Both the position numbers and the translations under genes were made by a program. From Chloroflexota bacterium (GTDB taxonomy: Bacteria > Chloroflexota > Dehalococcoidia > Lucifugimonadales > Australimonadaceae), in assembly GCA_009838965.1 (NCBI GenBank), contig VXQP01000073.1, forward strand, positions 77,155 to 141,154: a stretch of 64,000 nucleotides of DNA, written 5' to 3'. Shown here piece after piece: positions 43,843-53,081 of the stretch. The first letter of the stretch is position 1. Every line of letters starts with the position of its first letter. Below the pieces are notes generated by a model that searched no databases, was not told where the DNA came from, and worked only from the letters and a program-made list of their open reading frames with translations.

Positions 43843-44182
43843 CGACGAACTCTTCCAACTCCCTGAGCATCCTTTCTACAGTTGCGAGGAGGACTGCTTC
43901 CTCGTTGCCGACGGGTCGCAGATGGGCACAGCGGCAGCCGTCCTGGCGCTGGAGCCGCTGCTCAAGCTGATGGTTGGCGAAGGCAACGTCTTCGAGCGGC
44001 GTCCGGTGAAGGTCGCTGAGAAGGACGACCTGCACGTCAGCGTGGAATGCGAGGGCGGCGAGGTCGTGCACATCGACTTCGATGCGCTCACGGCGCGCAA
44101 GACGACGCCACAGGGCGAGTTCCTGTACCGGGGCGGCCTCGAGGACGCCAACGAGGGCATGGGATACTTCCCGGCACGCTAG
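43835..44182 (+). CDS. Hypothetical acidic protein (115 aa)
   Basis: MADDELFQLPEHPFYSCEEDCFLVADG... ATG overlaps the hflX 3' end by 8 nt. Confidence 0.45.
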   Translation: MADDELFQLPEHPFYSCEEDCFLVADGSQMGTAAAVLALEPLLKLMVGEGNVFERRPVKVAEKDDLHVSVECEGGEVVHIDFDALTARKTTPQGEFLYRGGLEDANEGMGYFPAR

Positions 44183-44364
44183 GCCGCGCTTCACGGCGCT
44201 GGCTGGGTGACCGTTCCTGAGCGCTATTGCGCACTATTGCTGTTATGTAAAGTAAATGCAGTTACAACGCCATCCTCCTCCTTCCGACCACCGGGGCTCC
44301 TCCCCCCTTCCAGCAGCGGCGTCACGTATCCTTGGAAGATAAGAGGGTTGTTGGAGCGTTCGGA

Positions 44365-45657
44365 ATGGCGAGGCAGTTGACCGGGATGCGCGCAGCGGCA
44401 TATACCGCCGTCGCAGCTGCGGCCATCGTCGCCGGGACCGGATGCGCGCAGGAGGAGCACAGCGAGTTCGTCGAAGTCGTGGAAGTGCTCCAGGAGGATT
44501 TCATCAACCGCGACAAGCTCTCTGTCACGGAGATGGAGCGTGCGGGCATCGAGGGGCTCCTGGAGTACCTCGACGACCCTTACACCTCCTACCTCGATCC
44601 CGAGCGCTATGCCGCGTTCAACCTCTCGCTCGAAGGAGACCATCCCGACTTCGAGGGCATCGGTGCAAGCGTCACCGAGGTGGACGGCCAGATCATCGTA
44701 CTGGGACCGCTCCCCGGCTCACCCGCCTTCGAGGCCGGGCTCATGCCGGGCGACGTCCTCGTCAGCGTGGATGGCAGGCCCATCGAAGGGTTCACGTTGG
44801 ACGAGACGGTCGCACTGATACGCGGGCCGAAAGGCACGGAGGTTGTCCTCGGCGTCTCACGCGCCGGCATCTCGCGCCCCGTGGAGATCCCCATCGTGCG
44901 GGACACGATAAGCGTCAGCTCCGTGCATTCCCACGTCCTCCCCAGCGGCTTCGGTTACATACGCCTTTCGTCGTTCGACGCGGAGTCCGGCGCCGACCTG
45001 CGGACCGCCATAGCCGACCTGCGGGGTCTCGGTGCCGAGGGGCTCGTGCTGGACCTGCGGAACAACGGAGGTGGACTCGTGACTGCTGCCGTGAATGTCG
45101 TCTCGGAGTTCGTCGAGGAAGGCGAAGTCATCCGCTGGGTGGATGCGAACGGAGACGAGACCGTGGAGCGCGTCACGGGAGAAGGAACGGCCTACGACCT
45201 CCCGCTCGTGGTGCTCGTGAACGGCTTCAGCGCGTCGGCATCGGAAGTGGTGTCAGGAGCATTGCAAGACCACGAGCGCGCCCGTATCGTCGGCACTCGC
45301 ACGTTCGGTAAAGGCGCGGTCAACCTGCTGCGCGACCTGGAGTCCGGCGCGGGTTTGAACCTCACTATCGCGCGCTGGCTCACTCCGGACGGACGCATGA
45401 TCGAAGGAGAAGGCATCGAGCCGGACGTGCGCGTCGGACGCGAGGTGAACGTACGGGCGCAAGGGCGCATCGGCGAGCTGACGCGGACCCTCTGCGCGGC
45501 CTACGCGGACGAGGCCATTCCGCTGGACGGGTCCGGCGAACTCACCGACGCACTGGAGACGCTCTGCAGCATCCAACCCGAGCCGAACCCTGTCTCTTAC
45601 CCCGACGATCAACTGGAAACCGCGGTTGCCGAACTCGAACGAATGACAGGCCGTTGA
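44365..45657 (+). CDS. S41 family carboxy-terminal processing peptidase
   Basis: PDZ (GLMPGDVLVSVDGRPIEG), LDLRNNGGG, SASASEVVSGALQD, TFGKG. ATG 44365 with a GGAG RBS; the track start is TTG 44332. Confidence 0.88.
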   Translation: MARQLTGMRAAAYTAVAAAAIVAGTGCAQEEHSEFVEVVEVLQEDFINRDKLSVTEMERAGIEGLLEYLDDPYTSYLDPERYAAFNLSLEGDHPDFEGIGASVTEVDGQIIVLGPLPGSPAFEAGLMPGDVLVSVDGRPIEGFTLDETVALIRGPKGTEVVLGVSRAGISRPVEIPIVRDTISVSSVHSHVLPSGFGYIRLSSFDAESGADLRTAIADLRGLGAEGLVLDLRNNGGGLVTAAVNVVSEFVEEGEVIRWVDANGDETVERVTGEGTAYDLPLVVLVNGFSASASEVVSGALQDHERARIVGTRTFGKGAVNLLRDLESGAGLNLTIARWLTPDGRMIEGEGIEPDVRVGREVNVRAQGRIGELTRTLCAAYADEAIPLDGSGELTDALETLCSIQPEPNPVSYPDDQLETAVAELERMTGR

Positions 45658-45660
45658 GCG

Positions 45661-46167
45661 ATGCCGCCCAAACGCAAAAAGAAGAAGCAACCGGAGCAGC
45701 AGAAGCCCGGTCGACCGCACATCCGGACCGTGGCGGACAACCGGCGAGCGCGTTTCGATTACGACATCCTCGACCGCATCGAGGCCGGCATCGCGCTGAC
45801 CGGCACCGAGATCAAGTCCGTACGCGATGCACGGGTCAACATCCGCGACGCCTATGCACAGGCGCGCAGCGGCGAGATGTGGCTCCACAACATGCACGTC
45901 GCCGCATGGACGAGCGCAGGGCCATGGGGGCACGAGCCGACGCGCTCACGGAAGCTGCTGATGCACTCGGGCGAGATAGAGCGGTTCAGCCGCGCGGCGG
46001 GGCAACGCGGCCTCACCATCGTTCCCCTGCGCATCTACATCAAGGGACACCACGCGAAGGTGGAACTCGCCCTGGCGAAGGGGCGCCGCCGCTACGACAA
46101 GCGCCAGGCCATCATGCGGCGCGAGTCCGACCGGGAGATAGCGCGCGCCCTTCGGCGGGAGGCCTGA
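45661..46167 (+). CDS. smpB: SsrA-binding protein
   Basis: NRRARFDYDILDRIEAGIALTGTEIKSVR, RSRKLLMHSGEI, LALAKGRRRYDKRQ. Confidence 0.93.
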   Translation: MPPKRKKKKQPEQQKPGRPHIRTVADNRRARFDYDILDRIEAGIALTGTEIKSVRDARVNIRDAYAQARSGEMWLHNMHVAAWTSAGPWGHEPTRSRKLLMHSGEIERFSRAAGQRGLTIVPLRIYIKGHHAKVELALAKGRRRYDKRQAIMRRESDREIARALRREA

Positions 46168-46232
46168 CTGACACGCGCCGTTTGACCGTCCCCTCCCCTC
46201 GCTGTACGATAGTAGTGCAACTGGTCTGCTGT

Positions 46233-46583
46233 GGGGATGCGTGGTTTCGACAGGGGATCAGCTTGGCAGGATTGCAGGCCGAGTTCGCCGCCCACTCGCT
46301 AATCAGACGGCAAAACATCAACTGCCGACGAACCAGTCGCACTGGCTGCCTAATAACGTAGCCACGCCCCGATAGCCCACTCCGGCGGCTACCGGAAGCG
46401 TCATACAGCCGGGGTGCAGTGGCTCTGATGCCGCTGCGAGCCACTCAAGACTTCGCGGCAGGTGGCGGGACGGCCCGCCGGTGGGCCCGCCCCAGTCACC
46501 CAACCAAACGCCGGCTAAGCCTGTAGTACATCCGCGCTGAGCGTCTTCTGGACGGGGAGTTCGACTCTCCCCCATCTCCACCA
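46233..46583 (+). ncRNA. ssrA: tmRNA (ssrA), one-piece
   Basis: 5' GGGGATGCGTGGTTTCGACAGGGG. 3' tRNA-like GGACGGGGAGTTCGACTCTCCCCCATCTCCACCA. Internal tag frame ...GKTSTADEPVALAA followed by TAA TAA (46351..46356). 65 nt after smpB. Confidence 0.92.
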
Positions 46584-46638
46584 CAGACGGGCCACGGGCT
46601 CAGACCCCCTTGGCTATGCAGAGATCGGAGGACTTGGG

Positions 46639-46857
46639 ATGACAACGAAGGCACAGCCGAAGATGACCCTGGAGGCGAGTCACTGCGACCTATCCCCCAC
46701 CGGGGCGCACCACTGGATAGTCGGTTCACCCAGCGCCACGATGGCCGGTGAGTGCAAGTACTGTCACGAAGCGCGAGAGTTCCACCCGTTCGAGGACAAC
46801 ATCGGCTTCAACAACAGCCCCAAGAGGAACCGCTCGGCAGCTGCCACAGGCGAATAA
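46639..46857 (+). CDS. Small Cys/His-rich hypothetical protein (72 aa)
   Basis: GGAGG RBS 8 nt upstream. HCDLSPTGAHHW...GECKYCHEAREFHPF suggests a small metal-binding fold. Confidence 0.45.
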   Translation: MTTKAQPKMTLEASHCDLSPTGAHHWIVGSPSATMAGECKYCHEAREFHPFEDNIGFNNSPKRNRSAAATGE

Positions 46858-46985
46858 GCCGCGGGTGGCATCCGCCGCTCCCCTGGCCGTACCGACGGTA
46901 CGCTGCCTTCCGCTTGACAGGTCGGCGATGCCTGGCCGGTCCGTTCCCGTATAATCCGCGCCATCCCGCCCCTGAGTGAGGAGGC

Positions 46986-47750
46986 ATGGCCTCTGCGATC
47001 CTGCGCGTGCGCGGACTGGTGATGGACTTCGGCGGCGTGCGCGCCGTCGACAACTGCTCGCTCAATGTGGATGAGGGCTCCATCACCGGCCTCATCGGAC
47101 CGAACGGCGCGGGCAAGACGACGCTGTTCAACCTCGTCGCCGGTTTCCACAAGCCGACCGCTGGGCGGGTCACGTTCAGGGACGAGCGCATCGACGGGTT
47201 ACCGTCCTACCTCATCTTCCGCAAGGGCATCGTCCGCACGTTCCAGATACCTCGCGAGTTGAAGCGCATGAGCGTCCTGGAGAACCTCATGCTCGTGCCG
47301 TCTGACCAGATCGGAGAGAGCATGTGGCGCGCCGTCGCGGCACGCTGGCTCGTGAAACGCCAGGAGCGAGCGATAGAGGCCCAGGCGCGCGAGGTGCTCG
47401 AGTTCACCGGGTTATCGGAGGTCGCGGACCTCCCGGCTGAGGGACTCTCCGGTGGGCAGAAGAAACTGCTGGAACTGGCGCGCACGCTGATGGCGAAGCC
47501 ACGCATGGTGCTGCTCGATGAGCCGGGCGCGGGCGTGAACCCTACGCTCTTGAGGCGACTGGTGGACGGCATCCGGCGGGCGCGCGAGGAGCTGGGGATC
47601 ACATTCCTCATCATCGAACACGACATGGGGCTCGTGATGCGCCTGTGCGACCACGTCATCGTGATGAGCGAGGGCTCCGTCCTCACACAGGGCGCTCCGG
47701 CAGCCGTACAGCAGGACGACCGCGTCGTCCGGGCGTACCTGGGGGACTGA
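46986..47750 (+). CDS. livG: Branched-chain amino acid-type ABC transporter ATP-binding protein (LivG-like)
   Basis: Walker A GPNGAGKTT, signature LSGGQKKLLELA, Walker B LLDEP. Confidence 0.88.
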   Translation: MASAILRVRGLVMDFGGVRAVDNCSLNVDEGSITGLIGPNGAGKTTLFNLVAGFHKPTAGRVTFRDERIDGLPSYLIFRKGIVRTFQIPRELKRMSVLENLMLVPSDQIGESMWRAVAARWLVKRQERAIEAQAREVLEFTGLSEVADLPAEGLSGGQKKLLELARTLMAKPRMVLLDEPGAGVNPTLLRRLVDGIRRAREELGITFLIIEHDMGLVMRLCDHVIVMSEGSVLTQGAPAAVQQDDRVVRAYLGD

Positions 47751-47753
47751 GCG

Positions 47754-48461
47754 ATGCCGCTCCTCGATGCCACGGGCGTACGCGCCGGATACGGCGACAC
47801 CGAGATACTGCACGGAGTGGACATGCGCGTGGATGCGGGCGAGATCGTGACGATCATAGGTCCGAACGGCTCCGGCAAGTCCACGATGATGAAGTCGATC
47901 GTCGGCATCGTGCAGGCATCGGCGGGAGAGATATCGTTCGATGGCCGGCGCATTGAAGCGCTGCGCGCCGATCGCCGCATCCCGCTGGGGCTCTGCTACG
48001 TCCCGCAGACGGAGAACGTCTTCCCTACCCTGACCATCACCGAGAACCTCGAGATGGGCGGCTTCCTGCGGAACGACAAGCTCGACGGCCGTATCCGGGA
48101 GATGTTCGAGCTGTTCCCTGACCTCGCGGAGAAGCGCAACGCGAAGGCCGCTGCTCTCTCCGGTGGGCAGCGGCAGATGATGGCTGTGGCGCGCGCCCTG
48201 ATGCTGGAGCCGAAGCTGCTGCTGCTGGACGAGCCCACTGCCGGACTCTCGCCCCTGTTGATGGGGACCGTGTTCCAGATGATCCAGAACATCAACGCCA
48301 CCGGAGTCGCAATCCTGATGGTGGAGCACAACGCGAAGAAGGCGCTCGCCATCTCGCACCGGGGATACGTGCTGGCGATGGGCGAAGTGCGCATGGAGAA
48401 CACCGGGCCGGAACTGGCAGGCGACCCGCAGGTGGGTCGCCTGTACCTGGGGAACGAATAG
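47754..48461 (+). CDS. livF: Branched-chain amino acid-type ABC transporter ATP-binding protein (LivF-like)
   Basis: GPNGSGKST, LSGGQRQMMAVA, LLLDEP. Confidence 0.88.
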   Translation: MPLLDATGVRAGYGDTEILHGVDMRVDAGEIVTIIGPNGSGKSTMMKSIVGIVQASAGEISFDGRRIEALRADRRIPLGLCYVPQTENVFPTLTITENLEMGGFLRNDKLDGRIREMFELFPDLAEKRNAKAAALSGGQRQMMAVARALMLEPKLLLLDEPTAGLSPLLMGTVFQMIQNINATGVAILMVEHNAKKALAISHRGYVLAMGEVRMENTGPELAGDPQVGRLYLGNE

Positions 48462-48469
48462 GCAACGCA

Positions 48470-49477
48470 ATGTTCATTACCGCACGCACGATGAGAAGTC
48501 CCGCGGTGGTCCGGGCGAGCCGCGTCGCGCAGGCTGTGCTCGCCATCGTCTTCGTGGTCCTCGCACTGAGCGAGATCGGGCTCGCGGTGAACGGCATCTT
48601 CCTGGGCAGCGTCCTCGCACTGGGCGCGGTCGGCATCACACTGGTCTTTGGCGTGATGCGGTTCGCCAATATCGCACACGGCGACATGATGACGATGGGC
48701 GCCTACGTGGCGTTCTTCCTACTTGTCAGCGTCCTGCCGGAGCACACGGGGCTGGGGCCCTTCACGTTCGGATTTCCGCTGCTCATCGCGATTCCGGTGA
48801 GCATGGCGGCAGTGGCGGCACTGGCCGTGGGGATGGACGTGCTCGTCTTCCGCAGGCTGCGCCTCCGTCGGGCGAACATCGTGACGATCGAGATAGCCTC
48901 GCTCGGCCTCGCCATCGCGATACGCGGCTTCGTCCAGATGATCTGGGACACGCCCGTTCGCTACTTCCCGAACGAGGGCCGGCAGCACTTCTCCCTGCCC
49001 GCCGACATCAGCATCGCACCGAACCACCTGTTCGTGAGCGGTGCCGCCCTCGTGCTGGCGATCGCCCTGCACCTGCTGCTTACGCGCACGAAGCAAGGCA
49101 AGGCGATGCGCGCAACCTCCGACAACGCTGACCTGGCGCGCGCCAGCGGCATCGATACGGACCGCGTGCTGCTGTGGACGTGGGGCATCGCCGGAGCGCT
49201 GGCCGGCGCGGCGGGCGTGCTGCTCGTCATATTCAACGCAACGTCGCAGCTGAAGCCCACCATGGGGTTCCAGCTGCTCGTACCGCTCTTCGCCGCAGTG
49301 GTGGTCGGCGGCATCGGCAATCCGTATGGAGCGTTTCTCGGTGCGATGCTCATCGGCATCTCGATGGAGGTTTCTACGGCATGGGCGCTGCCGACCTACA
49401 AGCCTGCGATAGCGTTCACCGTCATGGTGATCGTGCTGCTGTTCAGACCACGCGGCATCCTGGGGAGTAAGGACTGA
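48470..49477 (+). CDS. livH: Branched-chain amino acid-type ABC transporter permease (LivH-like)
   Basis: Polytopic, with FANIAHGDMMTMGAY and GGIGNPYGA motifs. Confidence 0.85.
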   Translation: MFITARTMRSPAVVRASRVAQAVLAIVFVVLALSEIGLAVNGIFLGSVLALGAVGITLVFGVMRFANIAHGDMMTMGAYVAFFLLVSVLPEHTGLGPFTFGFPLLIAIPVSMAAVAALAVGMDVLVFRRLRLRRANIVTIEIASLGLAIAIRGFVQMIWDTPVRYFPNEGRQHFSLPADISIAPNHLFVSGAALVLAIALHLLLTRTKQGKAMRATSDNADLARASGIDTDRVLLWTWGIAGALAGAAGVLLVIFNATSQLKPTMGFQLLVPLFAAVVVGGIGNPYGAFLGAMLIGISMEVSTAWALPTYKPAIAFTVMVIVLLFRPRGILGSKD

Positions 49478-50487
49478 TGCTGGAGTTCCTCACAGGGTTT
49501 GCGATACTGGTCGGCGTCTACTCGGTGTTCACGCTCGGCCTCAACGTGCACTGGGGCTACACGGGTCTCTTCAACATCGGCGTGGCAGGCTTCTTCGCGC
49601 TGGGCGCATACACGGCATCGCTTCTCGTCATCCGCCCTCCACAATCCGACCAGGTTGACGATTACCTTTTCGCCGGCGACCTCGCCAACCGGCTCGACGC
49701 ACTGCCCGTTATCGGCGCACTCGACCTGTGGTTCGTGGTTGCCCTCGCAGGAGCCGCGCTCGTTGCCGCGATGGTTGCACTCGTCATCGGAACGATCACC
49801 ATTCGGCTCCGGGGGGACTACCTCGCGATAGCCACGCTGGGGATTGCCGAAAGCGTGCGCCTCGTCTTCCTGAACGAGCGATGGCTGAGCAACGGAAGCA
49901 AGGGGCTCTACACCATTCCACGTGTGTTCGACGGCATCGTATCGCCCCAGGACTATGACCGTGTCTACCTTGTCGTCGTCCTGGTGGTGTTCGCCCTGAT
50001 GTTCGCAGTAGTGAGGGCTTTGGTGCACTCGCCGTGGGGGCGAGTGCTGCGCGCTATACGGGAGGACGAAGTGACCGCGGAAGCAAGCGGGAAGCACGTG
50101 TTCCGCTTCAAGCTGCAGGCGTTCGTCCTTGGCGCAGTGATCATGGGCATAGGCGGCGCACTGTACGCTTTCGATCTGCGCGCTATATCACCGTCAGCAT
50201 TCACGCCGCTGCTCGGCACGTTCATCATATGGGCGATGCTTGTCGTAGGCGGAAGCGGACGACTCTACTCGCCTGTCGTGGGAGCGCTCATCGTTTGGGG
50301 CATCTGGAGCGGGTCGCAGTTCTTGCCGGACCCTCTGGGCTCGCCTCATGTGCGCTACTTCTCGGTTGGTGCACTGGTGGTGCTGGTGCTCATGTACGCA
50401 CCCGATGGCATCACGCCGGAAGTCCTGCGCATCCGGGATCGGTGGCTGGCGCGCTGGCGACCGCGAAGAGTTGCCGCCAATGAATAG
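49477..50487 (+). CDS. livM: Branched-chain amino acid-type ABC transporter permease (LivM-like)
   Basis: Polytopic, with GYTGLFNIGVAGFFALGAY and LRGDYLAIATLG. Start overlaps the livH stop. Confidence 0.85.
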   Translation: MLEFLTGFAILVGVYSVFTLGLNVHWGYTGLFNIGVAGFFALGAYTASLLVIRPPQSDQVDDYLFAGDLANRLDALPVIGALDLWFVVALAGAALVAAMVALVIGTITIRLRGDYLAIATLGIAESVRLVFLNERWLSNGSKGLYTIPRVFDGIVSPQDYDRVYLVVVLVVFALMFAVVRALVHSPWGRVLRAIREDEVTAEASGKHVFRFKLQAFVLGAVIMGIGGALYAFDLRAISPSAFTPLLGTFIIWAMLVVGGSGRLYSPVVGALIVWGIWSGSQFLPDPLGSPHVRYFSVGALVVLVLMYAPDGITPEVLRIRDRWLARWRPRRVAANE

Positions 50488-50488
50488 G

Positions 50489-50537
50489 GAAGCGCCCGTT
50501 CGTTCACCAGAGTATCTTGGAGACGAACGGGCGCTTC
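50489..50537. terminator. Perfect 15-bp inverted repeat between convergent genes (bidirectional terminator candidate)
   Basis: GAAGCGCCCGTTCGT (50489..50503) / ACGAACGGGCGCTTC (50523..50537), with a 19-nt loop. Confidence 0.6.
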
Positions 50538-50564
50538 TATACTGACCCGCTGATTCTGGCAGAG

Positions 50565-51788
50565 CTACTCAGTAACGATGCGCTCCGTCACAAGCTCGCC
50601 ATTCATAATCTTCCAGATTCCCATCGCTCCGGTTACGTCACCGTTCTCATCAACGTCAACAGGCCCTGAGGCGCCCTGGTAGTTAATCTCCCTGCCGTCG
50701 CGGAGAAGTTCAAGCGCCCGCTTGATCCCTTCCACGCCGGGACCAACCTCTTCGCCTGGGGGACCGGAGACGGAACGTATGGCGTCCCGGAGAGCGACAG
50801 GGTCAGAAGAATCCGCAGCCTCAGCCGCCAGCGCGAAGATGACCGCTGCGTCGTAGGACTCGCGGATGAACGGCAGCGACAAGTCGTTGTTGTACGCGGC
50901 CATGTAGTCGCCGTCGAACTGGGCGCGATCAGCGTTCTCCAGTGCCTCGGGAGCCGTGCCGTACATCCCCTCGAGGTGCTCCGCACCGACGGCGTCGATG
51001 AGATCGTTGGACTTGCTGCCATCGACGAAGAGGAAGGTGTCGGCTGCGCCGCTCTCGATGGCTTCACGGACATAGACGCCCGCACTGACCGGGAAGCTGA
51101 TTGCCACGAGCACGTCCGGGTCGTTCGCGGTCGCCTGGGCGAGTTCGGAGGCGTAGGAAGGCTGCTCGGGCTCGTGCGGGACGGTTACCGCCTGCCCTCC
51201 CAGCGCGGTGAAGGACTCCTCGAACTGGTCGGCGAGCCCCTGTCCGTAAGCGTCGTTGATGTAGAGCGCGCCTGCGGAGCGGTAGCCCAGTCCGTATGCG
51301 AGATTCGCAAGCACAACACCCTGGAAGGCGTCCGAGGGGGCAGTGCGGAAGACGAAGTTGTTGTCGTCCAGCACGGTGATAGTGGGCGAAGTGGCCGACG
51401 GCGACATGAGGGGCACCTCTCCGTCGATCGTTACGGCCCGCGCGACGGCCTGGGTGTGGCTGCTGCGCAGGGGGCCGACGATAGCGGAGACGCCGTCCAC
51501 GTCCACGAGCTTGCGGGCCGCGTCCACCGCAGTGACGTCGGTGGTGCCTGCGTCCTCGGAGACAACCTCGATCTGGCGTCCGCCGAGCACACCCCCGGCT
51601 TCGTTAACCTGCGTAGCGGCAAGCATGACGCCCTGGTCCATCAGCGTTCCGAACTCGGACAATTCACCGGTGAACTCCATGAGCGAGCCTATCTTCACCG
51701 GTTCGTCCTCTCCACAGGCTGTTAGCAGCATGCCCATGGACATGACCAGCACCACTACCAATCCTACGTAGACCGACTTCGTCCTCAT
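50565..51788 (-). CDS. ABC transporter substrate-binding lipoprotein (LivK/type I PBP family)
   Basis: ORF trimmed to MRTKSVYVGLVVVLVMSMGMLLTACGEDE (lipobox LLTAC, AAGGAGG RBS). PBP1 body. Confidence 0.85.
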   Translation of the reverse strand: MRTKSVYVGLVVVLVMSMGMLLTACGEDEPVKIGSLMEFTGELSEFGTLMDQGVMLAATQVNEAGGVLGGRQIEVVSEDAGTTDVTAVDAARKLVDVDGVSAIVGPLRSSHTQAVARAVTIDGEVPLMSPSATSPTITVLDDNNFVFRTAPSDAFQGVVLANLAYGLGYRSAGALYINDAYGQGLADQFEESFTALGGQAVTVPHEPEQPSYASELAQATANDPDVLVAISFPVSAGVYVREAIESGAADTFLFVDGSKSNDLIDAVGAEHLEGMYGTAPEALENADRAQFDGDYMAAYNNDLSLPFIRESYDAAVIFALAAEAADSSDPVALRDAIRSVSGPPGEEVGPGVEGIKRALELLRDGREINYQGASGPVDVDENGDVTGAMGIWKIMNGELVTERIVTE

Positions 51789-51820
51789 TGCAGACCTCCT
51801 TAACGGTAGGTGGCCCCCGC

Positions 51821-52951
51821 TCACCACTGAACGAACATGGGCATGACGACGTGGACGTACTCGCCGCCGTCGTCTACGGGGCGAATCACACCGGGGCTCG
51901 AAGAGGTAGTCATCTCCAGAGCCACTTTGTCCTTGCCGATGACGCCGAGCACGTCGCTCAGGTAGCGGCTGCTGAATGCGATCTTACCCTCTGCCCCCTC
52001 GACATCCGCTTCGAGGTTGCCCGTGTTGTCGCCAACCTCTTCCGCCCGCGACGATATCGTCAGGACTCCCGGAGCGCCGCCCTCGGCGCTCATCTGCAGC
52101 CTGATGATGCCGGAGCCGTCCTTGGCAAAGATGGCCGCCGTTCGGGTTGCACGTTGCAGTTCGTTCAGCCCGATGATGGCGCGCGTGCCGTGCTCCTGTG
52201 GGATGAGTTGCGCGTAGTTGGGGAACGTCCCCTGGATCAGCTGGGAAACCACCTCGATGTTCTTGAACCGGAAGAGGACCTGGCTTCGTTGTATCGTGAC
52301 CACAATATCGACGGGGTCGTCGCCGTCCAGGAGGCGCTCGATGTCAGAGAGCGTGCGGGCCGGAACGATGACCGAAACCTTCTCGCTGGCGGGCTCCAGC
52401 AACTGGGCCTTGCGCACTGCGAGGCGGAAGCCGTCAGCGGCAGCGAACGTCACGTTCGTGCCGTCGAGCTCGATGTTCACGCCGGTGAGCACCGGACGCG
52501 AGTCCTCGACCGCCGCCGCGAGCACCACCTGATGGATCGCATCGCGCAGCGCCCTGCCCGACATCTTTGTCGAGACGCCTTGGTCTACAGCGGGGATGGG
52601 AGGAAACTCCTCGGCAGCCGTGCCATTGATGTTGGCCTTTGTGCGGTCGCCCTCAACGGAGATGCCGCCTCCCTGAGAAGCGGTCTGTACCTTGATGGTC
52701 TGTCGCCCGAGCGAGTTGACGAAGTCAGTCAGCAGCCTCGCGGGGATCGTCACCGCGCCCTCTTCCTGTATGTCTGCGCCTATCCACGTGCTGATGGCAA
52801 CTTCCAGGTTCGTGGCGGAGAGCTTCAGCCGACCTTCGTCCGTGGCGAGGAGAACGTGCTGCGTGATGGGGAGCGTCGTACGCGTGGCGACCGCAGGCTG
52901 CACGATGCTGAGTCCCTGGCTGAGATTCTCCTGTAGGCAGTGTAACTGCAT
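51821..52951 (-). CDS. dnaN: DNA polymerase III beta sliding clamp
   Basis: MQLHCLQENLSQGLSIVQPAV...TLPITQHVLL...LSATNLEVAI...GAVTIPARLL. Three-domain length of 376 aa. Confidence 0.9.
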   Translation of the reverse strand: MQLHCLQENLSQGLSIVQPAVATRTTLPITQHVLLATDEGRLKLSATNLEVAISTWIGADIQEEGAVTIPARLLTDFVNSLGRQTIKVQTASQGGGISVEGDRTKANINGTAAEEFPPIPAVDQGVSTKMSGRALRDAIHQVVLAAAVEDSRPVLTGVNIELDGTNVTFAAADGFRLAVRKAQLLEPASEKVSVIVPARTLSDIERLLDGDDPVDIVVTIQRSQVLFRFKNIEVVSQLIQGTFPNYAQLIPQEHGTRAIIGLNELQRATRTAAIFAKDGSGIIRLQMSAEGGAPGVLTISSRAEEVGDNTGNLEADVEGAEGKIAFSSRYLSDVLGVIGKDKVALEMTTSSSPGVIRPVDDGGEYVHVVMPMFVQW

Positions 52952-53081
52952 CTCGAAACCTCAATACGTTGTGGTTTTGCGGAAGGAAAACCTCTGCCGC
53001 ACTGGCAGCGCAGTATAGGGGACGCGCCGAGAAGGGGTCAACGAACAGATCGAGGAAAACGGACGATACTGGGGGAGTTGC

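Noticed and set aside
46888-46902. The 15-nt perfect palindrome CGTACCGACGGTACG after the small Cys/His ORF, as a terminator.
   Set aside because: The central loop would be only 1-3 nt, the effective stem is short, and no T tract follows. It could equally be chance in GC-rich DNA or a protein site, so I made no feature call.
46914-46955. A perfect TTGACA (46914..46919) and a perfect TATAAT (46950..46955) upstream of livG.
   Set aside because: The hexamers are 30 nt apart, far outside the 16-19 nt window for a single sigma70 promoter. TATAAT may still act as a -10 on its own, but I cannot support a paired promoter call.
46584-46985. A genomic island or prophage integrated at the tmRNA 3' end, and likewise at tRNA-Arg (56265 onward).
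   Set aside because: There is no integrase, excisionase or phage gene, and no visible direct repeat of the tmRNA/tRNA 3' end within the window. Downstream genes are ordinary transporter and redox housekeeping genes.
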